64,000 nt of DNA, taken from contig NC_057713.1 in the NCBI RefSeq assembly GCF_004010195.1, positions 22,560,703 through 22,624,702 of the forward strand. Reading direction: 5' to 3'. The DNA is from Chiloscyllium plagiosum (Eukaryota). Position 1 is the first letter of the stretch. Every line of letters begins with the position of its first letter. Shown in pieces: positions 1-12,399 of this stretch. The notes under the pieces are model-generated. The model was not told where the DNA came from, made no database searches, and saw nothing but the letters and a program-made list of their open reading frames with translations. The translations under genes were made by a program, and so were the position numbers.

Positions 1-749
1 GAATTCTTGCAGTTTTTATTTCTGCGTATATATCTTTGTCTGAAATATAACAGCATAAATGATTGACATTCTAAATGAAATGAGAATATAGTAATGATTT
101 AGCAATATTATCACAATAATTTTCTTTTTGGAATTGCAATGGACTTATTTCATTGATTTATTATTTATTTATGTAAATTTTCCCCTCGATTGGTGATGCA
201 CAAAATGAATGACACACAACTCAGTAGGAAACAGCTTCATTGTCATTTCACAGCTTTGCATCATTTGATTACAAGGTTATTTGAAGTGATATTTCTTCAT
301 TTGTAAAATTCATATTGCATTATTTGCCTGATCAAATTTAGTACGAAATGGGGGGAGGTGCTTTGGAGGATTAAATGGTAAATTAGTAAATATTTATCAT
401 TTAATTATTAAATTCATGCTTACATCACTTGTGGAATTGTATACATATTAAAAGCACTATTTTAAGCTCAATAGGAAAGAGATCTGGTATAATCAGCCTT
501 GCTCAGGCTCTTGTGATATTTGAACCTAACTAGTTAATATTAATGCCTCTTCAATCACAGACATAATGATGAATAGCCCTGACCCTGGTTTCCACCCAGC
601 AACCATATACAAACATATTCATGCATGGGTCAGAGAATAATGAACTGTGTTTATTTTTCCCCTCCTCCTATTTAGCGATGTAAGCCTTAACAGATACAAC
701 ATGACAAATTATTACTGACCAGGGTTCTACTGCTACTTTTCTTTTTGTG

Positions 750-2730
750 GATGACATTCATTGGGAGACTAATTTTTTTTACATTGTTAATTGCACTGCA
801 AAAGGTAGTGGTGAGCTATCTTCTTGAAATACTGTAGCTCATTTAGGGTATGTACTCATAATGCTATTAGGGAGGGAATTTCAGGATTTTGACTGAATAA
901 AAGTGAAGAAATGGCCATCTAATTCCATGTCAGGATGGTGCATGTCTTGGTCGGGAACTTGCATCATTTTGTCCTTGACCTTCTGGATGGTAGAGCTCAC
1001 AGGTTTGGAAGGTGTTGTCAAAGGTGTCAGGGTGAGCTACTACAGGATTTTTGGTAAGACCATTAGACTGTTAAAACATAGGAGTGCAAATTAGGCTATT
1101 AAGCCCATAAAATCTGCTCTGCCATTCAATCAAGGCTGATAAGTTTCTCAATCCCATTCTCTCGCTTTCTCCCCATAACTCTTGATCCCCTTGACAATCA
1201 AGAACCTATCCACATCAGTCTGAAATATACTCAATGACCTGGCCTCCACAGCCTTCTGTGGCAATGCATTGCACAGATTCACCACTCTCTGGCTAAAGAA
1301 GTGTCTGCATATATCTAATCTAAAAGGTCTTCCCTTTATTCTAAGGCTGTGCCCTCGGGTCCTTGTCTCTCCTACCAATTGAGACATCTTCTCAAGATCC
1401 ACTCTGTCTAGGCCATTTGGTATTCTGTAAGTTTCAATTAGATTTCACTTCCTCATCCTTCTAAACTCCATTGAGTATAGACATAGAGTCCTCAAACGTT
1501 CCTCGTGTATTAAGCTTTTCATTCCTGGAACCATTCTTGTGAATCTTCTCTGAACACACTCCAGGGCCAGTACATCCTTCCTGAGATATGGGGCCCAAAC
1601 TGTGCACAATACCCTAAATGTGCTCTAATGAGAGCCTTATAGAGCCTCAGACGTACATCCCTGCTTTTGTGTTCAAGTCCTCCTTAAAATAAATGCCATC
1701 ATTGTATGTGCCTTCCTAATTACTGACTCCACCTTTCAAGTTTACCTTGAGAGAATCTTGGACTAGAACTCCCAAGTCTCTTTGCACTTCAGACTTCTGA
1801 ATTTTCTCCCCATTTAGGAAATAGCCAATGCCTCTATTCTTCCTACCAAAGCACATGACATCACACTTTTTCACACTGTGCTCCATCTGCCACTTCTTTG
1901 CTCACTTTCTTCCCCTATCCAAATTGTTCTTCAGCCTCCTCGCCTCCTCAAATCTACTGATCTTTGTATCAACTCCAAACATTAGCCAGAATGCCCTCAG
2001 TCCCTTCATCTAGATTGCTAATGTATAAAGTGAAAAGTTGTGGTCCCAACACTGAGCTTGCAGAACACCACTTGTTACTGGCTGCCATCCTGAAAAAGAC
2101 TCTATTATCCCCACTTCCCAGCTTTCTGCCAGACAGCCAGGCTTCTATCCATGGGCCCTTATCTTACTCAGTAGCTTCTTGTGCGGCACCATGTCAAAGG
2201 GCTTCTTGAAGTCCAGTAGATAACTTCCATTGGCTCTCCTTGGTCTTACTTGCTCATTACTTCCTGAAAGAATTATAACAGACTTGTCAGGCATGACCTC
2301 TCCTTGATGAAACCACGCTGACTTTGCCCTATCTTACCGGACGCTTCCATAATGATACATACGGCATCAATGGTGAAGCCTTTTGATGGGGTGAAAAATA
2401 ATTTGGCTGCTTTGTCCTGGATGGTGTCAAGTTTATTACAGCTGCACTCATTGAGGCAAATAGGAAGTATTCCATCACACTCTCAAGGTGTGTCTTGTAG
2501 ATGATGGACAGACTTTGAGGAATCAGGAGATGAGTTACTCACCACAGATTTCTAAGCCTATGTCTTGCTATAGTAACTACAGTATTTACATGGCTGTCTA
2601 CTTAGTATCTAGTCAATGGTTAACACAAGGATTTTTCCAGAGGAGGATTCAGCGATGGTAATGTTATGGAATTTCAAGGAGCAATGTTTAACTTCTCTCT
2701 TTTTGGGGATGGACATTGCCTGGCATTCAC
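750..2730 (-). mobile_element. Old LINE 3' fragment (second, CR1/L2-clade lineage) split by a younger CR1 at about 1055-2349
   Basis: Segments 750-1054 and 2350-2730 are colinear with the element at 37750-39790 (ggtggtgagctatcttcttgaa; tttgtcctggatggtgtcaag; gtattccatcacactc). Confidence 0.65.
1055..2349 (-). mobile_element. 5'-truncated CR1 LINE (agaccataagacatagg-type 3' tail)
   Basis: ORF 1148-1402(-) gives the CR1 ORF2 C-terminus TRTRGHSLRIKG..FFSQRVVNL..ALPQKAVEA; 3' UTR matches the copy at 18125. Confidence 0.9.
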
Positions 2731-4705
2731 TGAGTACATTTACAAAGCAATTGGACTGCCAGGACATAAAATATTTTGAACTGTCTTTTTAACTAATTGA
2801 ATTTCTCCTTCCTTATTACAAATCTCTCTCTTTCACATATTGTTTACTTATCAAAGTCAATTGAAGTTGAACTGTCCCTAAACTTCTAAAATTAGGTGGT
2901 TCTAACAGGGTATATAAGGTTGGCCTCTGATTTTGACCTCATTTGGCCATTGCTTAGCATACTTCCAACATACTCCATAATTTGAAATATGAGGAGTCTG
3001 TGGATATGGTTCTCTGTGACCATATCATAATCCAGTTAACAATCTTTTTACTTTAACCTTTGGGATGCTTGTTATTCAATGTGTGCCTCTGGCTGCTCAA
3101 TCATGGTCCGTCCCTCTATGGGATATTGACTGATTTGAATTCAATGTTGTTACTTTCATGCTCTGATACAAAGGAAAGCAAAGACACATCATTAGGTTAA
3201 TTTCAGTATTCAACTGTTTATTCATCATGTGTTTGTGTAACTATTGAACGAATGACAAGGGGTGATTACACTGTTTGGGAGATATGTACCTTCCTGTCAT
3301 TAGGTATCTTCCAGCAATACTTGTAGTAATAATAGCAGTTGCAACTGTACCATTGCTGCTGTGACTGAGATCAATGAACCTTTCAATTCTAAAAGTTGCA
3401 TCGAGTGCCCTGAGAAATGGTGACAACATGATAAGGCATTATATAAATCAAAATAATCTTGTCAAAAATCAAACCACATAGCAGCCCTCAATGGCAAGGT
3501 TTCAGCCACATTCTGGTTGGACATTTGACAACCATATCAGAGGCAGGAAGGCTACCAAATGGTTGAGGAATGCACTGGATCAAGGACCCAATTTTTTCCC
3601 CAATGCCAAGCTATTTTGCTAGATGGCCCACTAAAGCACCAATTAATGGCCAACTTTTTTTTGTCTTATTTCATAATATTCATTTGATTCAAATTGTATC
3701 ATTGAATTTGGTACTGCAGTGCTTCTGAAATAAGGAGTTAAATAGTCTGCATGCTGTAAGTGCAGTGATTTTGGTGTGGAAATAGTAATATTGCTTTGCT
3801 CCCACCAACAATCTGTCAAATATTAAAATCTCATTTAAAAAATCACATCTTAAAAAGATTAGCACTCTGCTACCCCACAGCACTGCCATTTTGCACGTGG
3901 GTGTGCTGATCAGACTGCAGTTGCATATCCCACCCACTAGCAATCTGACTCAGCTTCCCACACAGCATGTAGGAAAGTGACAGATAGGAAATGTGCTACT
4001 GTGACTGACCGAAGGAGATAAAAAGACATATGATCCTGTTGGATCCTTGGGAAATAAGAAATGAAATCAATGAATATACATAACTCTGGGATTTACAAAA
4101 TTAATTATAAAAGGTATATGCATGCCTTTCAGCTCACTTATATCCATAAATAATGTTGGCCCTTTCTAACTGGTGAATATTGATAGGAGCACGATAAAAA
4201 TATCCCACTCAGTGAGCGATATCAGCATCTTTTCAAGGTCAAACTTAAAGCAATCACTTAAAATCCCATTCATGTATCTAGTCCGTCACCAATACCAGCA
4301 GTAGCCCCATATAAGCCACATGCTCAACACTAAATGCAGACTCAACTCCTCAAATCTCAGTCCCTTCATATATCAATAGACATGAGCAACACTCACCAGA
4401 CAATGTCACTGTGACTAAGCACAATAATACATTCCCATCATGGTCACTCTCTGAAACAGCTCTCCAGAATTCTCCACCGCTTGACTTAGTAAGTAACTAG
4501 TCATTTACTGTTACAATGTACTTGTTCCATGCTTTTCAACATGAATGTTTTAGAACTGGGTATCTGGTGAGCGCAGGAGAATTATAGTGAAGAAAGTATA
4601 CATTAACATCATGCCATCATATTGTGTCTACCAAAGTAGCTTTATTTTACAAAATGTTTGTACCAGAAATAAGAAACTATTGCAGACATCACATGATGAT
4701 ATTGT

Positions 4706-5520
4706 TTACCTTATTTAAGGAGATACGTAAATGAATTTGAAGCGGATCAGAAAAGGTTTACCAGACTAATGCCTGGAATATACAGAATGTCTTTTAGGGA
4801 GAGGTTTGACTGGCTTGACTTATATCACTGAAACTGAGAAGAGTAAGAGTCTGCTTGATTGAAACACAAGATTCTGAGGAATCTTGATATAATAGATGTG
4901 GATACAACATTTGCTCTGAGTCAAGAATCTAGAATTAGCAGTTATTGTTCAGAAATAAAGGGTTCATCATTTGAAGCAGATGGGATGAATTTCTTATCAC
5001 ACAGATTAGATTAGACTCCATATAACGTGGAAACAGGCCCTTCCGCCCAACAAGTCCACACTGACCCTCCGAAGAGTAACCCATTCCCCTACATTCACCC
5101 CTGACTAATGCACCTAACACTATGGGCAATTTAGCATGGCCAATTCACCTAAACTGTACATCTTTGGACTGAGGGAGGAAACTGGAGAAAACCCATGCAG
5201 ACATGGGGAGAATGTGCAAACTCCATACAGACAGTTTGCCCGAGACAGGAATTGAACTCTGGTCCCTGGCGCTGTGAGGCAGCAGTGCTAACCACTGGGC
5301 CACCGTCTTTGGAACACTCTTCCTGACAATGTGTGGAAGCAGGAACTTTGAATATTTTTAAGGCAGAGCTGGGTAGATTCTTGTTAAGCAATGGGGGAGA
5401 AGAGTTATTGGATGAAGGCCAGAATGTGGATTTGAGGTTACAGTTGGATCAGTAATGATTTTATTAAATGGTGGAGCAAACTTGAGGGAGAAAATAGATT
5501 ATTCCTGCTCCTGCTCCTGC
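4706..5520 (+). mobile_element. Decayed CR1 3' fragment interrupted by a HE1 SINE
   Basis: cagaaaaggtttaccagactaatgcctgg (QKRFTRLMPG), gacttgattgaaaca-like motif, and CR1 3' UTR after 5308. Confidence 0.75.
5003..5306 (-). mobile_element. HE1-type (V-SINE) tRNA-derived SINE
   Basis: Reverse complement has A-box-like ggtggcccagtggttagcactgctgcctcacagc, B-box-like gagttcaattcc, core gtgtatggagtttgcacattctcccc and a (TCTAA)n tail. Confidence 0.9.
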
Positions 5521-6879
5521 TCTCTGCCTGGAAGTTTTGAGGTAAATTTAACAGATACCAGTCTGTTCTGACAATGAGGCTTCCACCAGCAAAGTGCCAA
5601 TGCTGATTTCAGGTGCTGAATTTTGTGATTTTACTTCATGTGCACATCTGATCTTGGCTCATCAGTACTGATTGCAACACCTGGAATATGTGCAATCACT
5701 TTATCTGTTATTATAAAGGGATAAATCTCTGGGATCTTTTTTCTTTATGGTTTTTGCTTTATGGTTGCCAATTTTTGGCCACATGGTCACTTTTATTTTT
5801 AAAGTGTGATCCAGAAATTTCAACTGCATGTGTCAGGCATTATCTGCTGGCATAGAATGGCACTCAATAAGATGAACAAGGTTTCAATGAAGGTTTATCA
5901 GTGACAAGAAATCCTCAGAACTCATGCTATAAATCCCCTTCCATTCCTCACTCCTTCACTGCATGAAACCTTGCCAGTTTTGGAGAGAAATGGGTGCAAG
6001 CCCTTTTGAATATATGCATTTAGCTCTTAATAAAATTGAAGTTTCAGATGGTAGGTAAATCCTTTGGATGTTTAGAATATGTGTACATACATTTGACTCA
6101 TATGGATATGGTGGGTTCAGGTATTCCCCCATCGAGACTTGAAAAAAAAAGTATTTCCCTCATTTCAACTGAAAATGGACATGCATGTGTGCATACGATC
6201 ATTAAAATCTGGAAATATATTTTTCCCATGACACAAAGCTTGAAAATAAAAGAATTCCAAAATGTAATTATTTTTAGTAAGAACTAACTGTGGTTACCAC
6301 ATCAGGCATATTGAACATAAAAATTGTCTCTTGCACAGAGGAACAATGTGTCCCAATGATTATTCACACATCTATTTCAGGAGAGACAGGTGTCATTTAC
6401 TCCAAAATTTGTTCTAGCAGGAACAATTTGGATCTGAGAAACTGAAGCAATTTTAATTTGAATTCATCTCGAAAGTGCAATGTGACTTTTTAAATTTTCA
6501 GTTCTGTGTTGTTACTGAGACTTAAATTATTTGTTAATTATTCATATAAGGAATTCATGTAAACTCGAAAAAACTTAAGCTTGAAAGATCCTTTGCCATG
6601 GGTTGGTGCCAAACCTGTCACCCGCTCTTTGACTCATCACTTTAATGATGGCATACTTACTTTTCTCCAGAGCATTTTCTTTACCACCTCCTTTCATTGC
6701 TTCCTTCTCTGTGTAGCTCCCAAACCCTTGGAACACTGTTACAGTGTGCATTTCTGTTCTAAGTCTGTGCCATTGGGAGAATGGAGCTGTAGTGCCTCTT
6801 GTTTTGGAAACAGGTTTGGCGGGCACTTGCTTGTTGATTTGATGACTTGTCCTGTACCTAAATAATTTGGCATGTTTAC

Positions 6880-7850
6880 AGAACGGTTGTGTTTTATTTT
6901 ACTATCGGGAGCAATGTAAACTGCCATTTCGTGGCTGGGAAGAAATATTTAATAATCTTCAAAGCTGTCTCAATATTGCCTCGACAACCTGTGAGGGGTT
7001 GAAAAGTAAATTGAAAGCCCGCTCTCAGGTAGCGAGTAACTGCTGCAATTTATTGATTTTTTTTATTGTTTTGTTTTCATTCGAAAAGACGGATCGCCTA
7101 CCTTTGCAAATATTGTTTAGATTGTCTTTTGACGTGTTCGTGCTATTTTGTGTGTGTGATCCGCTGTCACTAATCACTATTCTGATACCACTGGGAATAT
7201 TCTAGGCATCAATACATTTTCTTCTTTTGTGGATCGCGGGACCTGTTAAAGAGAGGAGCGGGAGCAGTTCCCGCAGCCTCAGAAAATTACTTTTGTTATT
7301 CTCTCCTAACCAGAGAATGTGGGAATGGAGATTTCACTGTTGAGTGTGTGTTTCGCTGTGGGAACGGCTGCGGTTTGGATGGGGGAGATGAATGGTCGTG
7401 CAAGTAGTTGGATTAATTCTGTACGTCGCTGTTTCATTTTTTTTTTGGGGGGGGGGAAATACATTTAAATATTGCTGTAAATGTTCCTTCTGCGTAGCCG
7501 AGCTGGTGCATCGCCCTGTGTCTGCATCTTTTTTTCCTGTTGTTTTTGGTGGATGTTTTGGGTTTGTTGCATTGATCCTGGCTCCTAATTTAAAGATGTG
7601 TCTGTATCTTCTCTCTTTTGGAAATTGTCAGCTTCGCCGTACAGGGGGTCTGGTCGAGCCGCGGCTGCAAGACGTTCCCCATTGACTCGTCACGTACAAA
7701 ATGCCAGTGTGACCGGCTCTCCAGCTTCGCCATTTTGGCTCAGCTCTCGTCAGATTCGGTAAGTCCTTTTTATTTATTATGATTATTTTGGAGGAAATAT
7801 TGCATTTCGTCTCAGGGGAGCGAAAAAAAAAATATGAACAGCGTGAGATC
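6880..7850. promoter_or_regulatory. Intragenic CpG island / candidate internal promoter at the GPS exon
   Basis: About 40 CpG in about 970 nt by hand count (12 in the 127-nt exon) versus under 10 in 8000-9000. No recognisable repeat in the block. Confidence 0.6.
7632..7758 (+). CDS. ADGRB1: ADGRB1 coding exon: GPS motif (C-terminal GAIN) and Stachel, [43 protein letters not shown]
   Basis: Pyrimidine tract plus ttgtcag acceptor; donor TCG|gtaagt. Translation (codons from 7633) has the GPS pattern W-S-x-x-G-C...T-x-C-x-C-D-R-L-S-x-F-A-I-L-A-Q-L typical of BAI proteins. 127 nt, phase 2 to phase 0. Confidence 0.96.
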
Positions 7851-10614
7851 TGCAGGTCAAATCACTGCCTTGCAACACCAACAGGGGCATGTCACCTGTG
7901 ATTAGAGACTGACATTTCAGTTCAGAAATCTGTATGTTTGGGACTGCTGCATCTATTAAGAAGCTGGCATTTGCCCACCGCTCCTGGCATTGGAATAAAT
8001 TGCAATCAGCATTGATTAAAATGCCCTGCCCAGATGGTTTCACCAGATATTAGTCTGAATTGCCATGTTTGTGGTCAGTTGCCTCAGATGTGGAGGAGTG
8101 AAACAGCTTAAGACTCAGAGATGCTGTCAAATACAAACCTGTTTTGCACATAAAAGTAAATACGCTGCAAGCAGCAAACCATCTCTATTCCTTAAGTGAC
8201 TATGAATGGATTACATAATTCTGTAGGAAAGAATTATCTAAATGAAATACTTATTTTGGAGCACAATATCTTTATCGGAATGTTCTCTAATGTTTTGATG
8301 AATATTCAGAGATTTGTTGAGTTCCAAGTATCAAAATGCTTATCTCTAATCAATGCAAATGATTTCATATTAGATAGAAATGATATGATCAGTTAGTGAC
8401 ATACTAAAATAAATAGCAAGTAATTTTATGCCAGGATGGTTGGCTAAGTGGTACAGCTATAAGATAAACATCTCCTAAACATTCCGCCATATGTGTTTTT
8501 TTTAAACTGCATTTAACTAAACAGTTTAGGAAACAATTGTGAGCTTGGCACCATGTGTCAGCAGAAGCTCATTCTTTTTGCAACTGCTGTACGTTATAAT
8601 AGCATGAGGAAGTCAAACTTTTGTACTCAACTGAACATGTTACATGGACCCAGATGATTCTCTCAGTTCCACGTAGTCGTCGAGATAAAATATAAAACTG
8701 TTAGATTATTTTGCTTACATTGCCATTGGAATTTAATCTTCATTTGAATGGACTAAGAGGAAGATGGATGCCAGTCATGCTGTCAGAAGGACACTGTTTA
8801 GAATGGTCCAAAATATGAGTTAAAGACCCTATGATCTTTTGGAATGTTATCTTGAATTAATAGCAATATAAGTCTATTCCTTTGATTTATTGGCAAGAGA
8901 GCTAAAGACTGTGTAGCTAAGGATTTTCGTTTGGTTTTATAAGCAAGTGTGACACACAACTAATATTGGCTATTAATGCTTCATTTAGATACATATTATT
9001 TAATGATTATATCATTAAATATAGAGTCAGTGCTTGCTTACATACATGTGTACCTGTATGTTAAATGAAATGACAGTTATCCTAATCGTTCTCCTATAGT
9101 TAATTCTGTACTGAAAATGCAAGTGTCTGTGCATGTGTTGTTACAATGGAATGTTTATGTAACAAATTCATATTGAATGTTTTTTGATAAAACTTTTCAA
9201 ATTAACAGCAAAATATAACTACCATGTCTGCACAAGTTATGGTCTTATGTGAAAATCAGCAGTTGGTATATGTGACATACAAATAGAATATTGTGACTGC
9301 ACCATCAAGCAGTCAAGCTAGCTTTTGCATTCAAAGGATTTTTTTTTTTGTTGATGGTATAAATAACAGGAAACCAAGCAGGTCAGGCAGCATCTGAAAG
9401 GCAAAGATGAAATCTTAGTAAGGGTATGAGTTGAAGATCTATTGGAATCTCTGGAAATTTTACTTATTAGCTTAATCAGTGGGTGATATTAGCATTTAAT
9501 TTTCTTAGCAAACATGTGTTTGACTCTTAGTTATTGCTTGCTGAAGTGATGTATAACTGAAATAGATTTTGATTATAAATGTTCGATTTGTTGCAAAGTT
9601 ATTGATTATGAGATAAAATTATTCCATGAAAGGCATAATATTGCTTCACAAACATTGTTGGTAGTAACTAATTGGTTTATGCTGTTGTAAAGTTTCATTT
9701 GGCCTCTGACCACTGGCATTAATTGGTCTTCCAGTGAGTTTACAAACTGTCTGGATCTTGCGGGGGGTGCAGGGGGGTGGGGCGGTGTTATGTGTACCTC
9801 TTCCAATCCAGTTTATATGAAAGTGACAATGAAACAGATCTGTGGTGGGGATCTGGGAATCCAGCAGAGAGAAATTCTCTGCCTGCCCACCCTTGTTCTT
9901 GCCTCCACATCAGTGTCAAAATCTTGCTCCTTGTCTCAGTTGGCAGTCCTTTCAGTTCGAGACCCAAACATTGCTGGTTGACCATTGCAGGGTTGCTTGA
10001 GCACTTGAATTAGAAGGGAGCAATGCTAATATAGTGTTATGGTGTGGAAGGGAGAGACTTTGGAATAAAATATTAAATGAAGGTAATGGCTTGTTTGGTA
10101 ATATATCGAAAATCCTATTGTTTGAAAAAGAGCACAAACTTCTCAAGGTGAAATGTTGATCAGGGCGCCATCTTTATAATGGCAAGAAAACTCAAATAGG
10201 CAATGTTTTTGTTTCTGCTGTTTTGGGAGATTCGTTGATGAAAAGTATTCCACTTTCACCCACATTAAAACTATGACTACAGTCTTTCAGTGCTTTTCTA
10301 GTTATAAAGTGATTTGGAAAGTCTGAGGTCATAAAACACACCACATAAATGCAAGTTCTTCCCTTCTATGGCAAAGGACATTCCATTGCAAATGGTGTGA
10401 AGTGCTTTCAGATATTTTAACGGTAAGAATCTTGATAAATGTCAATTTTTATTTGAACCCATTTAAGGTCAAGATATGTATTTAAATTCTCATATCAGGG
10501 GACACTAAGCAGTCCTGCAGTCTTTCTAACTGAATGGTAGTTTTGCCAATAGTAGCAAGCATAGAACTTGCTTTACATTGTTAGCTTATCCAGCAATACC
10601 ATGATATTTTGTTA

Positions 10615-11045
10615 GATGTTTCCAGCACAAAAGAAGACAATTCAGCCCATCATGTCCATGCTGGTCAGCAAAGACTTGACCTCACTAAACCCATTTTTTC
10701 AGCTATTGGGCCCACAGCACTGTAGGTTATCCCAATTCCAATGAGGATCTAAATCCTGCTTAAATGACTTGAGAGTTTCTGAGTCTTTCACCCTTTCAGG
10801 CAGGGACTTTCAGACTCCCACCATCCTCTGAGTGAAACAAATTCTCATCTCCTTCTTTGCCTCTACCTCTCACTTTAAATCTATGCCCCTTGGTTTTTGA
10901 CCTCTCTACTAATAGAAATGGTGTTTTCCTATGATGCTATCTGTCACCCTCATGGTGCCTGCTCAACCTTCACTGCTTCAAGGACAACAACTGCAGACTG
11001 CCTAACTTTTCCTCATATCTGAGCCCCTCAGCCCAGGTAACATCC
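10615..11045 (-). mobile_element. Decayed CR1 3' fragment
   Basis: ttcagcccatcatgtccatg, ccaccatcctctgagtgaaa, aaatctatgccccttggtt motifs shared with the other CR1 3' ends. Confidence 0.7.
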
Positions 11046-11134
11046 ATCCATCTATTCATGTAAACATGGTGGCTAGAATGATCACAGGAACATCCCACAT
11101 GCCTCAAATAATCAATTATCTCTGTCCTGATCTT

Positions 11135-11395
11135 AGCAACTGAAAAATGATTCCACTGAGTGGGAAGCTCAGAATCACAGACACAATTTCATACATTCCT
11201 CATCCTGGAGAACTGTGGAAGCTCAGTCATTGAATGTGGTTCAGGCAGATATGTGACAGATATCTAAATACCAATGAGGGATATGGAGGTAGTGGGATAA
11301 GAAGAATTTAAGTTGCTGATCAGCCTTAACTATATTGAATGATAGAGCAGGCTCAATGGGTCAAATAGTATACACATGTTCATATATTCCTTATA
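11135..11395 (+). mobile_element. Decayed CR1 3' fragment
   Basis: gtggaagctcagtcattgaat...gaatgatagagcaggctcaatgggtcaaat...ttccttat 3' UTR pattern. Confidence 0.6.
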
Positions 11396-11399
11396 AGTA

Positions 11400-11620
11400 T
11401 TGACCAGGAGACTGGGACTGCTCCCTGCTCCTCTTCAGATTGTAACTTGGGATCTTTTACAACCATCTGGCCAAGCAGCTAGGGACTCTTTTATGTATCA
11501 TCCAGAAGACAGTTCTTCTGACAGTGCAACACTTGTTTGGTACTGCATTGATGTGTAATCCTAGATTAATATTCAAGTATGGTCTGACTCACAAGTGAGA
11601 ATGTCACCGATGAGCTGTTC
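11400..11620 (-). mobile_element. SacSINE1-like DeuSINE, 5' half
   Basis: ctccctgctcctcttc...gggatcttttac...tcatccagaagac...gacagtgcaacac...tctgactc matches the reverse complement of the copy at 33340 and recalled SacSINE1. Confidence 0.65.
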
Positions 11621-11761
11621 AACACTGCCAGTACTGTCCATAAGTATATGCATTGGGATCATTATTCCCTTTGATACACAAAATTGGAAATTTGGTGGAG
11701 CAAAAGTAAATACTTTTGTTTTAGAAAACATTATTTGTTTTCTTTTATTCTTTACCGTATA

Positions 11762-11920
11762 CAATATAACTTTTTGATTATCCAAACATTGATTAGCCGA
11801 ACTTTGGATTATCTGAACAAGATCTAAACTGTGTTATCCGAACATTCGATCATCTGGACATTCAATTATCCGAACAAAATACTCCCCAACTGTGTCGTTC
11901 AAAAAATTGAGGTTGCCCTG
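11762..11920. mobile_element. Tc1/mariner (pogo/Tigger-type) MITE
   Basis: TA on both sides, degenerate TIRs (caatataactttttgatt / aattgaggttgccctg), internal ~15-nt repeats (ttcgattatccgaac-like); same family as 54022-54196. Confidence 0.7.
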
Positions 11921-12399
11921 TATAAGAATAAGTTATCTTTTCTATTGCTGTTGCTTGATGGTACCATCAGAAAAGAATGCTGGATCTGTGAGGCAGCTGG
12001 ACTCTGCATATCTCTGCTCGTTCATGCTCTCTCTTCTATGGTTAACATGGTACATAGGTGGCAAATATTTTCTTCAATCAATCTTGATAAGTCAGATCTA
12101 TTAACTTGAGATTCGAAGATTTTAGTGTTGTGGATAGAAGCTTTAAAATAGAATGTTCAAGCATCAAAAACAAATGTATAGTATTATTCATGTTTACTTC
12201 CCTGTACTTAAATACAAAAATGCACAGCCAGCATGCTATACATATGGAATTGTGTTGGTGTTATGACTAACATGTGTACTTCCTATTTAAAATTTTAGAT
12301 ATATTTTACTACATATTGTTAGAGATTAATATTCTGCAGAACTGTAATGAAATCCCATGAACCATAATGTAAGAGGTCTTGGGGCATTATTTAGTTAAT

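Noticed and set aside
7392-7685. 97-aa hydrophobic ORF running into the GPS exon as a possible new N-terminus
   Set aside because: Different frame from ADGRB1 and built from T/G-rich intron. The ADGRB1 frame has stops at 7573-7575 and 7591-7593 with no in-frame ATG before the exon.
7632-7764. First read as a non-coding first exon (YY1-like CGCCATTTTG at 7728-7737, CGTCA at 7688-7692, then a donor)
   Set aside because: It is the in-frame GPS coding exon with a good acceptor. The YY1-like string encodes conserved F-A-I-L, so it is not independent promoter evidence.
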